Shown in pieces: positions 1 through 9,032 of a stretch of DNA of 36,619 nucleotides (its first letter is position 1; each line of letters begins with the position of its first letter). Source of the stretch: an uncultured Acetobacteraceae bacterium (lineage in GTDB: Bacteria > Pseudomonadota > Alphaproteobacteria > Acetobacterales > Acetobacteraceae); contig CAXTUQ010000001.1 in assembly GCA_964247405.1 (NCBI GenBank), positions 3,866 through 40,484 on the forward strand, written 5' to 3'. The position numbers were made by a program, and so were the translations under genes. The notes under the pieces were generated by a model. The model was given only the letters and a program-made list of their open reading frames with translations, did no database searches and had not been told where the DNA came from.

Positions 1-2
1 TA

Positions 3-309
3 GGTGGCACGCCCTGACCTGACTCGGGATGCCCACCTTGCCCTGCGAGCTGAACCAAGCGCGCCGCCATCATACCCCCAAACAGAAGCGCAAGGTCGTC
101 AACTGGTGCGACTACGGCGCCAGGCTGCGCCAGCGCGGCATTCTCACGGTCTGGTTCACGGCCGAAGCGATCGAGGGCTGGCGAGCAACACCGCGCACCA
201 CGAGGTCGTATGCTGGAGCTTGTGCGCCCTATCTACGTTCGCGTCGCCTGACCCAGGGCAGGGCTGGGGCAGATGCGCCCACCCTGCGTATCCCGTGCAG
301 CATGCCACC
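3..309 (+). mobile_element. Internally deleted IS5-family (IS903 group) element remnant
   Basis: N-terminal piece ELNQARRHHTPKQKRKVVNWCDYGARLRQRGILTVWFTAEAIEGWRATPRTTR is joined directly to the C-terminal piece MLELVRPIYVRVA* (210-251). Weak terminal inverted match ggtggcacg (3-11) / catgccacc (301-309). Confidence 0.8.
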
Positions 310-472
310 GAATGCCCGAAAAGGAGACGTTCCTCAGCATGGCTCAGTTGAATCAAATTCACTGATAGTTGAGAATTTTGCGGTTGTCCGCTGTTACCCG
401 GCGACCGAAGCTGCCAGCTAATCAATAAAGGCATCTGCGACATAGCAGGCCGGATTGGGAGGACACACGTCG

Positions 473-1129
473 ATGAAAAGCCTGGGCTCGTCATCGAGTC
501 ACACCACCAACGTGAGTCTGGCCGAGCGCGAATGGGAGGGACACGATCGGTCCCTGCCGTCGGTCGGCCACTACACTTTCGCGCTGTATGCGGCCCCGAT
601 TGAGGCTGGGATCATCCACGAGTATGAGCTTGAAACCTACGGCTCCGGCGGTAGCCGTCTGCCGATGTCGGGCGTGGCGGGCTACATGCCGGACATGGAG
701 GTGGCTTGCGCGCGAAAACTTCAGGCTGTTTGCCGCGACTTGCTTCGTGTTCGCGCCGCGCCGGGCGTACGACTTCATCTTCGTGGCCATCGCCGGGGGA
801 AACCTCGACATCAGGATTGTCTGCGCGTTGCCAGGGCTGACCACCGGCTGATGACTATGCGGGTGCCTGAGCCTTCCAAGGCGTTGTCCGACAACCACGT
901 CGGCGCCGCCGTCCTCCACGTCTCACGACCAATCCGCTCCAAAATGAAACAGTTTTGGCCGAGGCACGCAAAGGCGGTCGCTTGGCCGTCTTCCCGGAGA
1001 ACAACAGTGTGGTGGGCGGTCCTGGCGAGGCAGTCGCGGGCCTGCCAATGCGCGATGGCGTACGCGTCCCGTTTCGACAGACCGGGCCGCCCACGACGGC
1101 GGATCAGGTCCGTCAAGGAGTGGCTGTAA
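473..1129 (+). pseudogene. Collapsed split-transketolase gene pair (N-terminal and C-terminal subunit fragments)
   Basis: RBS GGAGG and ATG 473. Subunit A pieces: NVSLAER | EWEGHDRSLPSVGHYTFALYAA..ELETYGSGGSRLPMSG..YMPDME. Subunit B pieces in changing frames: RRAYDFIFVAIAGGNLDIRIVCALPGLTTG; LMTMR..AAVLHV; GGRLAVFPENNSVVGGPGEAVAG..PFRQTG; VKEWL*. Confidence 0.8.
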
Positions 1130-1184
1130 GCGAGCCGAACCGTCACAAACGATCGCCTAACATGTCGCGCATATTGGAGACACC

Positions 1185-2081
1185 ATGGCTCACACCCTCT
1201 CCGCAATCGGCATCGGCGCGCCCGAAGGTCCGGTCAGCCTCCCGGACGGCTCGATGTACGTCACCGAGATGTCGTCTGCGACGCGCTGCGTCACGAAGCT
1301 CGACCAGCAGGGCCGGCGAACCGTTGTCAAGAAGACCGGCGGCCGGCCTAACGGGCTTGCCATCGACGGCGAAGGCCTGCTTTGGATCGCCGAAGCCGGG
1401 CTGCGGGCAGTGATCTGCATCGCGCCGGACGGCCGCGAGATCCTGCGCATCGAAGGCGACGACGACGGGCCATTCCTGTTCCCAAACGATTTGGCCTTTG
1501 GCCCCGACGGGCACCTCTACCTCACGGATTCCGGCCTGGCGATCGAGGACTTCCTCGACGGCCAGAACTTCGTCGAGGGGTTCCGGCAGCTTCCGTGGGA
1601 CGGCCGCGTGTTCGAGATCGATCCCAAGGCCGCCAAGGTCCTCCGCAGGATCGACAGCGGCATCCACTTCACCAACGGCATCGCCTTTGACGGGCGCGAT
1701 GCGCTCTATGCCAACGCGTCGCTGACCGGCGAGGTGTACCGGTACGACGTGTTCGGGCCGGGCACGTTGCGGCGCGAGCTGTTCGGCAACGTCCTGCAGC
1801 CTGAGGACCAGAACGACTTCAAGGGGCCGGACGGCATGAAGTTCGGCGCCGACGGGCGGCTGTACTGCACGGTTTACGGTCAGCAGAACATCACCGTGCT
1901 CGATCAGGACGGCGCCGTGGCCGAGCGGCTGACGCTGGACGGGCCGTGCCCGACCAACTGCGCGTTCGCGCTCGCCGGCACCACGCTGCTGGTCACCGAG
2001 GTCGGCAAGGGTCAAGTGGAAGCGGTGCCGGTTCCGTGCGCGGGCGTGCCGCTGCACCGGCCGACGCTGGGCCTCGTCTGA
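1185..2081 (+). CDS. SMP-30/gluconolactonase/LRE family protein (candidate lactonase)
   Basis: PEGP, PNG, PNDL, TNG and GPDGM beta-propeller metal-binding motifs; RBS GGAG. Confidence 0.9.
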   Translation: MAHTLSAIGIGAPEGPVSLPDGSMYVTEMSSATRCVTKLDQQGRRTVVKKTGGRPNGLAIDGEGLLWIAEAGLRAVICIAPDGREILRIEGDDDGPFLFPNDLAFGPDGHLYLTDSGLAIEDFLDGQNFVEGFRQLPWDGRVFEIDPKAAKVLRRIDSGIHFTNGIAFDGRDALYANASLTGEVYRYDVFGPGTLRRELFGNVLQPEDQNDFKGPDGMKFGADGRLYCTVYGQQNITVLDQDGAVAERLTLDGPCPTNCAFALAGTTLLVTEVGKGQVEAVPVPCAGVPLHRPTLGLV

Positions 2082-2120
2082 CCCGCCATGGTCCGTGAAT
2101 CGTTCAAGGGAGAGACAACA

Positions 2121-3119
2121 ATGAACCGCCGCCAAGTGCTCCAATCGACCGGCGCCCTTGCCGCCCTCGGCTCGATGGGCGGCGTCCGCCCGGCTTCCGC
2201 GGCGACACCGACCATGACCACCGTCGCAAAAATCATAGGCGTTCCATACTTCTCGCTGCTGCAGGAAGGTCTCGTCGCAACCGGCCAGCAGTTCGGCATC
2301 GCGTCGGACATGATCGGCCCCACCCACGTCGATCCTGCCCAGCAGGTCCGCCTAGTCGAGGACACGATTGCCAAGAAGGTCGATGTGCTCGGCCTCATCC
2401 CGCTCGACGTCAAGGTCCTGGCGCCCGTGGTCAAGCGCGCCCGCGACGCCGGCATCATCGTCATCACCCAGGAAGGCCCCGACATGGAGGGCCGCAATTG
2501 GGATGTCGAGATGGTTGACAGCACCGCCTTCGGCGAGGCGATGATGCAGTCGCTCGCCCGGCAGATGGGCGAGAAAGGTGACTACATCTGCATCGTCGGC
2601 ACCCTCACGACGCCGCTGCACAACCTCTGGTGCGACGCCGCAATAGCGTTCCAAAAAAAGAGCTACCCGGGAATGCGGCTCGTCACCGACCGCTTCCCCG
2701 GCGCGGACGAGATCGACACCACCGAGCAGGTTGTCCGCAACGCGTTGCAGGCCTACCCGGATCTGCGCGGCGTGATCGGTTTCGGCTCGAACGGCCCGAT
2801 CGGCGCCGGCAACCTGGTCCGCCAGCGCCACCTGCAAAGCAAGCTCGCCGTGACCGGCTTCGCGCTGCCCTCGCAGGCGAAGCCGCTGATCGAGTCGGGC
2901 GCGCTGAAGGAGGTCTTCCTGTGGAGCCCCAAGGAGGTCGGCGAGGCCCTCGTCGCGGTCGCCAGCCTCGTGTTGAAAAAGGCCGACTTCAACACAGGCA
3001 TGGACATTCCCGGCATCGGCAAGGCCACCGTCGATCCTGAAAAGCAGATCATCAGCGTGTCCCGCATGCTGGTCCTCAACAAGCAGACGCTGCCCGAACT
3101 CCTGAAGCTCGGCATCTAG
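2121..3119 (+). CDS. Sugar ABC transporter substrate-binding protein (LsrB/RhaS-like), Tat signal
   Basis: MNRRQVLQ twin-arginine leader; periplasmic binding protein type 1 motifs; RBS GGGAGAG before ATG 2121. Confidence 0.9.
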   Translation: MNRRQVLQSTGALAALGSMGGVRPASAATPTMTTVAKIIGVPYFSLLQEGLVATGQQFGIASDMIGPTHVDPAQQVRLVEDTIAKKVDVLGLIPLDVKVLAPVVKRARDAGIIVITQEGPDMEGRNWDVEMVDSTAFGEAMMQSLARQMGEKGDYICIVGTLTTPLHNLWCDAAIAFQKKSYPGMRLVTDRFPGADEIDTTEQVVRNALQAYPDLRGVIGFGSNGPIGAGNLVRQRHLQSKLAVTGFALPSQAKPLIESGALKEVFLWSPKEVGEALVAVASLVLKKADFNTGMDIPGIGKATVDPEKQIISVSRMLVLNKQTLPELLKLGI

Positions 3120-3133
3120 GACCGGCAACCGCC

Positions 3134-4615
3134 TTGTCCAGCTTTCTCGAACTCCGGGGCATTTCGAAGCGGTTCGGCGGCGTCCGTGCGCTGAACAGCA
3201 TCGACATGGACGTGGCGAGCGGCGAAGTGCACTGCCTGGCCGGCGAGAACGGGTCCGGCAAGTCAACGCTGATCAAGATCATCTCCGGCGTGCAGCCGCC
3301 CGAGGCGGGCGGCCGCATCCTGATCGAAGGGCAGCAGTGCACGGGCCTGACTCCGGCGGAAAGCATCCGCCGCGGCATCCAGGTGATCTATCAGGACTTG
3401 TCGCTGTTCCCGAACCTGACCGTTGCCGAGAACATCGCGGTGGAGCGGCATCACGGCCTGCACCTGCTGCGCTGGAAGGCGATCCGGCGCACCGCCGAAG
3501 CGGCGCTCGAGCGGGTCGGCGTATCGCTCGATCCTGGCGCCTTCGTCGCCGACCTGTCGATCGCGCAGCGGCAGCTCGTCGCCATCTGCCGCGCCATAGC
3601 CAACGACGCCCGCCTGGTCATCATGGACGAGCCCACGGCATCGCTGACCCGGCACGAGGTCGATGCGTTGCTGGCGCTGACGCTGGAACTCAAGCGCAGG
3701 TCGGTGGCCGTTGTCTTCGTCAGCCATCGTCTGGACGAGGTCCTTGAGATCGCCGAGCGTGTCACCGTGCTCCGCAACGGCGAGAAGTGCGGCACGTTCG
3801 ACGCGAAGGGCATGACCGACCACCGACTGGTCGAACTGATGACCGGCAAGTCCTTCGAGCAGCGCCCGATCGAGACGGACCTCGGCGCCGCGCCGCCCGT
3901 ACTGGAGGTCCGCAACCTGTCGCGCGCCGGCAACTACGCGAACGTGTCGCTCTCGGTCAGGAAGGGCGAGATCCTCGGCATCACCGGTCGGCTCGGTTCC
4001 GGCCGCACCGAACTGGCTCTTTCTTTGTTCGGCATGAACCCTCCTGACTCCGGCGACATCCGCCTGCACGGGCGGGCACTGCAGCTTTGGTCGAACCGCG
4101 AGGCGATAGACAACGGAATTGCCTACGTGTCGGAGGATCGGCTGTCTCTCGGACTTGTCATGGCGCAGCCGATTGCCGCCAACATCGCATTGACCGTGCT
4201 CGACAGCCTCGCCGATCGCCTTGGTTTCGTGGAGAGCGATCGTCGGCGCAGCTTGGTGCGGCGATGGATCGGCGATCTCGGGATCAAGGTGGGTGACCCG
4301 GAGAACCCGGTCGGCACGCTGTCGGGCGGCAACCAGCAGCGCGTGGTCTTGGCGAAGTGGCTCGCGACCAAGCCGAGCCTGCTCATCCTCGACAGCCCGA
4401 CCGTTGGCGTCGATATCGGCGCCAAGGACGGCATCTACCGCATCGTCCGGCAACTTGCGCAAGACGGGCTCGCGGTGATCATGATCTCCGACGAGATCCC
4501 CGAGGTTTACAGCCACGCACACCGGGTCCTGGTGATGCGGGAGGGTTTGGTCGTGGGCGAGTACCAGCCGCTCAAGGTCAGCGAGACCGCGCTTCGCGAG
4601 GCCGTCGATGCGTGA
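3134..4615 (+). CDS. Sugar ABC transporter ATP-binding protein (two nucleotide-binding domains)
   Basis: GENGSGKST Walker A, IMDEPT Walker B, LSGGNQQ signature; TTG start. Confidence 0.95.
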   Translation: MSSFLELRGISKRFGGVRALNSIDMDVASGEVHCLAGENGSGKSTLIKIISGVQPPEAGGRILIEGQQCTGLTPAESIRRGIQVIYQDLSLFPNLTVAENIAVERHHGLHLLRWKAIRRTAEAALERVGVSLDPGAFVADLSIAQRQLVAICRAIANDARLVIMDEPTASLTRHEVDALLALTLELKRRSVAVVFVSHRLDEVLEIAERVTVLRNGEKCGTFDAKGMTDHRLVELMTGKSFEQRPIETDLGAAPPVLEVRNLSRAGNYANVSLSVRKGEILGITGRLGSGRTELALSLFGMNPPDSGDIRLHGRALQLWSNREAIDNGIAYVSEDRLSLGLVMAQPIAANIALTVLDSLADRLGFVESDRRRSLVRRWIGDLGIKVGDPENPVGTLSGGNQQRVVLAKWLATKPSLLILDSPTVGVDIGAKDGIYRIVRQLAQDGLAVIMISDEIPEVYSHAHRVLVMREGLVVGEYQPLKVSETALREAVDA

Positions 4616-5615
4616 GTCCCTGGGCCGGTTCGGCCGCACCCACGAGGCACGGCTGCTCGTCGTCACCGCCGTGTTCTTCATCCTGCTCTCAGTTGCCACC
4701 AAGAACTTCTTCACGCTGCAGAACGCGATCGACCTGCTGACCTCGTATGCGTTTCCAGGCATGCTGGCCGCCGGCCTGCTGGTGGTCCTGGTCGCCGGCG
4801 GCCTCGACATCTCCTTCACCGCCGTCGCCTCCATCGCGCAATACCTGGCCGTGACGGTAGCCGGCCGATACGATGTCGGCTGGCTCGGGCTGTTTGCGGT
4901 CGCCCTGGTCGTCGGCACGCTGCTGGGGATGGTCAACGCCCTGCTCGTGACGGGGCTTCGCATTGCCAGCATCATCGTGACCATCGCGATGCTGAACGTT
5001 TATTTCAGCCTGCTGATGTTCCTGAGCGGCGGCAACCCGATCAACACGCTGCCCGATTGGTTTATTGACGGCCTGTCCTGGGTGGTGGGCACCGATGCCC
5101 ACGGTAACCCGTACATCCTCAACATGCAGATGCTCGGGCTCGTGCTGAGTTTCGTGCTGACCTGGGCACTGCTCAACCGAACCAGCGTCGGCCGGCAGTT
5201 GCGGGCACTCGGCGGCAATCCCGAGGCCGCCAAGCGGGTCGGCTTCAACGTGCTCAGGCTCAACATGGTCGCCTACGGCTACATGGGTTTCTGCGCCGGC
5301 CTGGCGTCGCTGGCGCAAGCGCAGGTTGCCGGTTCGGTCGTGCCGAACGCGCTGGTCGGCCGTGAACTCGACGTGCTCGCGGTCGTGGTCCTGGGTGGCG
5401 CCAGCCTCGCCGGTGGCAACGGGACCGTGCTCGGCACCGTTCTGGGCCTGGCTCTGCTGGCGATGCTGCAGAACGGGCTGATCCTGCTCGGGGTGTCCTC
5501 GTTCTGGACGCAGTGCTTCACCGGCATCGTGTTCCTCGCAGCCGTGGCGATGATCGCCTGGGAGCGCCGCCGGCAGCGGTTCGCGACGCGGCGCCTGATC
5601 GGAGCCGCGGCATGA
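4608..5615 (+). CDS. Sugar ABC transporter permease
   Basis: Hydrophobic helices; GGLDISF, GGNPEAA and VVLGGASLAGG motifs of the BPD_transp_2 family. Confidence 0.93.
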   Translation: MRESLGRFGRTHEARLLVVTAVFFILLSVATKNFFTLQNAIDLLTSYAFPGMLAAGLLVVLVAGGLDISFTAVASIAQYLAVTVAGRYDVGWLGLFAVALVVGTLLGMVNALLVTGLRIASIIVTIAMLNVYFSLLMFLSGGNPINTLPDWFIDGLSWVVGTDAHGNPYILNMQMLGLVLSFVLTWALLNRTSVGRQLRALGGNPEAAKRVGFNVLRLNMVAYGYMGFCAGLASLAQAQVAGSVVPNALVGRELDVLAVVVLGGASLAGGNGTVLGTVLGLALLAMLQNGLILLGVSSFWTQCFTGIVFLAAVAMIAWERRRQRFATRRLIGAAA

Positions 5616-6613
5616 GCGGGGTCGCGTTGCCGGCGCGGAGCTGGGCGCCGCGGATCGGGCCGGTGAACCGCCGCCTGGTCCTGCTGCTTGCGGCGCTGCT
5701 GATGGCGTTTGGCCTGATGCTGGGCGACCGGCTGTTCACCGGCGCCTCGCTGCGGTCGATGGCGTTCCAGTTGCCCGAACTCGGCATCCTGTCGCTGGCG
5801 ATGATGGTCCCGCTGCTGTCGGGGGGCCTCGACCTGTCCATCATCAGCACCGCGAACCTCGTCGCCCTCACCATCGCCTTTATCATGAGGTCCATGGTGC
5901 CGGCCGATCCCGGTACCGCTTGGGCCGCCTGGCAGTTCGCTGCCGTCCTGGCCGGCCTTGCTTTGGCGGTGGCGATCGGCGCCGTCAACGGCCTGCTGAT
6001 CGCCTACCTTGAGGTCTCGCCGATCCTGACCACGCTGGGAGCGATGACGCTCGTTAAGGGCATCAGCATCGGCCTTACACATGGCGAGGTGCTGTCAGGT
6101 TTCCCTACGCCGATCGTCTACATCGGCAATGGCTCGATCGCCCGTGTGCCGGTCGTGGTGCTGGTCTTCGTCGGCGTGGCCGCGGTCATGGCGCTGATGC
6201 TGAACCGCACGCCGTTCGGCCAGACGCTCCCCATGCTCGGCTCGAACGAGGCGGCGACCCGCTACTCAGGCGTCGACACGCGGCGGATGCTGGTCCGCGT
6301 CTACATCCTGTCGAGCCTGCTCGCCGCCATCGCCGGCATCGTGATGATGGCGCGCTTCAACTCGGCCAACGCGGCCTACGGCGAGAGCTACCTCCTGGTC
6401 ACGATCCTGGCCGCGGTGCTCGGCGGCGTGTCACCGTCGGGTGGCTTCGGCAGGGTGGCGGGCCTGGTGCTTGCCCTGGTCATCCTTCAGCTCATTTCGA
6501 CCGCGTTCAACCTGCTGAACCTCAGCCAGTTCCTGACGCTTGGGATCTGGGGTGGAACGCTGATCGCAGTTGCCGCCGTTGCCCGGCTGCGCGACGTCTT
6601 TGGTTCTTCGTGA
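5612..6613 (+). CDS. Sugar ABC transporter permease (second)
   Basis: GGLDLS, GSNEAATRYSG and AAVLGG motifs; ATGA overlap with the upstream permease stop. Confidence 0.93.
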   Translation: MSGVALPARSWAPRIGPVNRRLVLLLAALLMAFGLMLGDRLFTGASLRSMAFQLPELGILSLAMMVPLLSGGLDLSIISTANLVALTIAFIMRSMVPADPGTAWAAWQFAAVLAGLALAVAIGAVNGLLIAYLEVSPILTTLGAMTLVKGISIGLTHGEVLSGFPTPIVYIGNGSIARVPVVVLVFVGVAAVMALMLNRTPFGQTLPMLGSNEAATRYSGVDTRRMLVRVYILSSLLAAIAGIVMMARFNSANAAYGESYLLVTILAAVLGGVSPSGGFGRVAGLVLALVILQLISTAFNLLNLSQFLTLGIWGGTLIAVAAVARLRDVFGSS

Positions 6614-6621
6614 GGTCCGTC

Positions 6622-7428
6622 ATGTCCCGTTTCGACAACAAGGTCGTCACCATCACCGCCGCGGCGTCCGGCATCGGGCTTGCGTCGGCAAGGCGCTTCG
6701 CGGCCGAGGGCGCCACGCTGTCGCTATCGGACATCGACCTCGCCACGCTCCAAGCCCAAGCGGCGATCTTGAACCTGCCCGCGAGCCGCCTTCGCCTAAC
6801 CCGCGTCGACGTGTCCAAGGCAGCCGAGATCGAGGCGCTGGTGGCTGACACCATGGCGGCGTTCGGCGGCCTCGACGTGCTGGTCAACAACGCCGGCGTC
6901 GGCGCCTTCGGCTACGTCACGGAGATCAGGCCGGAGGTGTGGGACCAGGTGATCGCGACTACGCTCAGCTCGGTCTTCTACGCGAGCCGAGCGGCGTTGC
7001 CCCACCTCATCGCGCGCAAGGGCAACATCGTGAACACCGCATCGATCTCCGGCCTGGTCGCCGATGTCGGCTTTGCCGCCTACAACGCGGCCAAAGGCGG
7101 CGTGGTCAACCTGACCCGCGCCATGGCGATCGACCACGCGTCCGACGGCATCCGCGTCAACGCGGTCTGCCCCGGCGTCACGGAGGCCGCGTCGACGAGC
7201 TGGATGCGGGCGCACCCGGCGATCATGCAGGGATTTGAGGAAAGGCTGCCTATGGGCCGGATGGGACGGCCGGACGAGATGGCGGGCGCGATCGCCTTTC
7301 TCGCCTCTGACGACGCGACCTACATCACCGGCACCAACCTCGTGGTTGACGGCGGCCTCACCGCCGGCACCGGCCAGCCGGCGTTCCGCAAGCTTACCGA
7401 CCGGACCGGGTCGGACGCGTTCGCCTGA
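6622..7428 (+). CDS. SDR family NAD(P)-dependent oxidoreductase
   Basis: TAAASGIG, NNAG, YNAAK catalytic motif, VDGG. Confidence 0.93.
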   Translation: MSRFDNKVVTITAAASGIGLASARRFAAEGATLSLSDIDLATLQAQAAILNLPASRLRLTRVDVSKAAEIEALVADTMAAFGGLDVLVNNAGVGAFGYVTEIRPEVWDQVIATTLSSVFYASRAALPHLIARKGNIVNTASISGLVADVGFAAYNAAKGGVVNLTRAMAIDHASDGIRVNAVCPGVTEAASTSWMRAHPAIMQGFEERLPMGRMGRPDEMAGAIAFLASDDATYITGTNLVVDGGLTAGTGQPAFRKLTDRTGSDAFA

Positions 7429-7464
7429 CGGCGTGGAACGGGAATGACGGGACAGGAAGGAACG

Positions 7465-7884
7465 ATGTCTGATCGAGAGCAGGCCAAGCGACTTGGCGTC
7501 GAGTATTTCAGGGCGTTCGTCAACGGCGACATGGCGTGGTGGCGGGACAACGTTTCGTCCGGCTTCAAGCGGCACGATCCCGGCCTTCCGTATCAGGTGA
7601 TCGGGCCCGACGGGCTGCAGCACCATCACGACGTTTTGCTGGCGGGCGTGCCTGACCTGAACCTGCCCATCCACGACGTCATGGAGGACGCGGGCAAGGT
7701 GCTGGTCCGCCTGCGTTTCCGCGGCACCCATCGCGGCGAGCTGTTCGGCATCGCGCCCACCGGCAACGCCATCGATGTCGAGGTGTTCGACCTGTTCCGC
7801 ATCGAGGGCGGCAAGCTGGTCGAGCACTGGGCGATGGTGGACACGCTCAGCCTGCTCAGGCAGCTCGGCGTCACATCGATCTGA
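7465..7884 (+). CDS. SnoaL-like ester cyclase (NTF2 fold) protein
   Basis: GTHRGELFGIAPTG..FRIEGGKLVEHW pattern; RBS GGAAGG before ATG 7465. Confidence 0.85.
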   Translation: MSDREQAKRLGVEYFRAFVNGDMAWWRDNVSSGFKRHDPGLPYQVIGPDGLQHHHDVLLAGVPDLNLPIHDVMEDAGKVLVRLRFRGTHRGELFGIAPTGNAIDVEVFDLFRIEGGKLVEHWAMVDTLSLLRQLGVTSI

Positions 7885-7909
7885 TCTCTGGGCCGTGGGG
7901 GAAGCTTTC

Positions 7910-8944
7910 ATGCGTGGTGCTCTGATCGGCTGCGGCTTCTTCGCCCAGAACCACCTCAACGCATGGCGCGACATGCGCGCGGATGGCGTCGAACTCGTCG
8001 CCGTGTGCGATCTCGACCCGGCCAAGGCGACGGCCGCCGCGCAGGCCTTCGGCATCGCGCACAGCTACACCGATCCCGCCGCCTTGCTCGCCACGGAACG
8101 GCTTGACTTCGTGGACATCGCGACGCGGATGGAGACGCATGAGGACCTCGTCCTGCTCGCCGTGACGCGCGGCGTCCGCACCATCGTGCAGAAACCCTTG
8201 GCGCCTGACTGGGCGGCATGCCTGCGCATGGTGAAGGCGGCGCACGCGGCCGGCGTGCCGCTCGCCGTTCACGAGAACTTCCGATACCAGACGCCGATGC
8301 GCGCGCTGCGCGAGACGCTCGAATCCGGCGTCATCGGCGACCCGACCTGGGGCCGCATCGCATTTCGCACCGGCTTCGATGTGTACCGCACGCAGCCCTA
8401 TTTCCACCATGAGAAGCGGCTCGCCATCCTCGACACCGGCGTGCACGTGCTCGACCTCGCCCGGTTCCTGCTGGGCAAGGTGCGCCATGTCTCCTGCGAG
8501 ACGCAGCGGCGCAACGCGAAGAACGCGGGCGAGGACACCGCGACGATGCTGCTGCGCCATGAGTCGGGCGCCGTGAGCGTCGTCGAGACCACCTACGAGG
8601 CGCGACAGGTTCCAGACCCGTTCCCGCAGACGCTCATCACGCTTGAAGGCGACAAGGGATCGATCAAGCTCCATGAGGATTTCCGCATGGCGGTGACGGC
8701 CCGCGGCGAGTTGGTCGAGCGGACCGTCGGCTCGCCGCTCCTGCCGTGGACGGCGGAGCCCTGGCACATCGCCCAGGAGAGCGTGCTCCTGACGCAACGC
8801 GCCATCATCGCCGCCTGGCGCGCCGGGCGCGATGCCGAGACCAGCGGCGCGGACAACCTCAAGACCTATGCCGCAGCCGAGGCTGCCTACACGGCGGCGG
8901 AGACGGGTTGCGCGACACGGCCGGCGGCGGCAGAGCTCGGATAG
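7910..8944 (+). CDS. apsD: Gfo/Idh/MocA oxidoreductase, D-apiose dehydrogenase-like
   Basis: ALIGCGFFA, QKP, HENFRYQTP, PFPQTL, PWHIAQESV and TSGADNLKT match recalled ApsD features; next to oiaK and apnO. Confidence 0.8.
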   Translation: MRGALIGCGFFAQNHLNAWRDMRADGVELVAVCDLDPAKATAAAQAFGIAHSYTDPAALLATERLDFVDIATRMETHEDLVLLAVTRGVRTIVQKPLAPDWAACLRMVKAAHAAGVPLAVHENFRYQTPMRALRETLESGVIGDPTWGRIAFRTGFDVYRTQPYFHHEKRLAILDTGVHVLDLARFLLGKVRHVSCETQRRNAKNAGEDTATMLLRHESGAVSVVETTYEARQVPDPFPQTLITLEGDKGSIKLHEDFRMAVTARGELVERTVGSPLLPWTAEPWHIAQESVLLTQRAIIAAWRAGRDAETSGADNLKTYAAAEAAYTAAETGCATRPAAAELG

Positions 8945-8960
8945 GCGAAAGGACATCGCC

Positions 8961-9032
8961 ATGGTTGACCGGCTTCGTGCATCCTGCCTGATCGAAAGCG
9001 CCTTCCCGCTGCAGGGTGTCGGAATGCCATGA
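8961..9032 (+). pseudogene. 23-codon stub of a deleted RuBisCO-like protein gene
   Basis: RBS AAAGGA then MVDRLRASCLIESAFPLQ, which aligns with the N-terminus of the intact RLP at 26025 (MRRDFTATYLVESFEPLE). Stop overlaps the kinase start (ATGA). Confidence 0.65.

Noticed and set aside
6652-6680. TAAASGIG instead of TGxxxGxG in the SDR
   Set aside because: A known tolerated variant; the catalytic YxxxK is intact.
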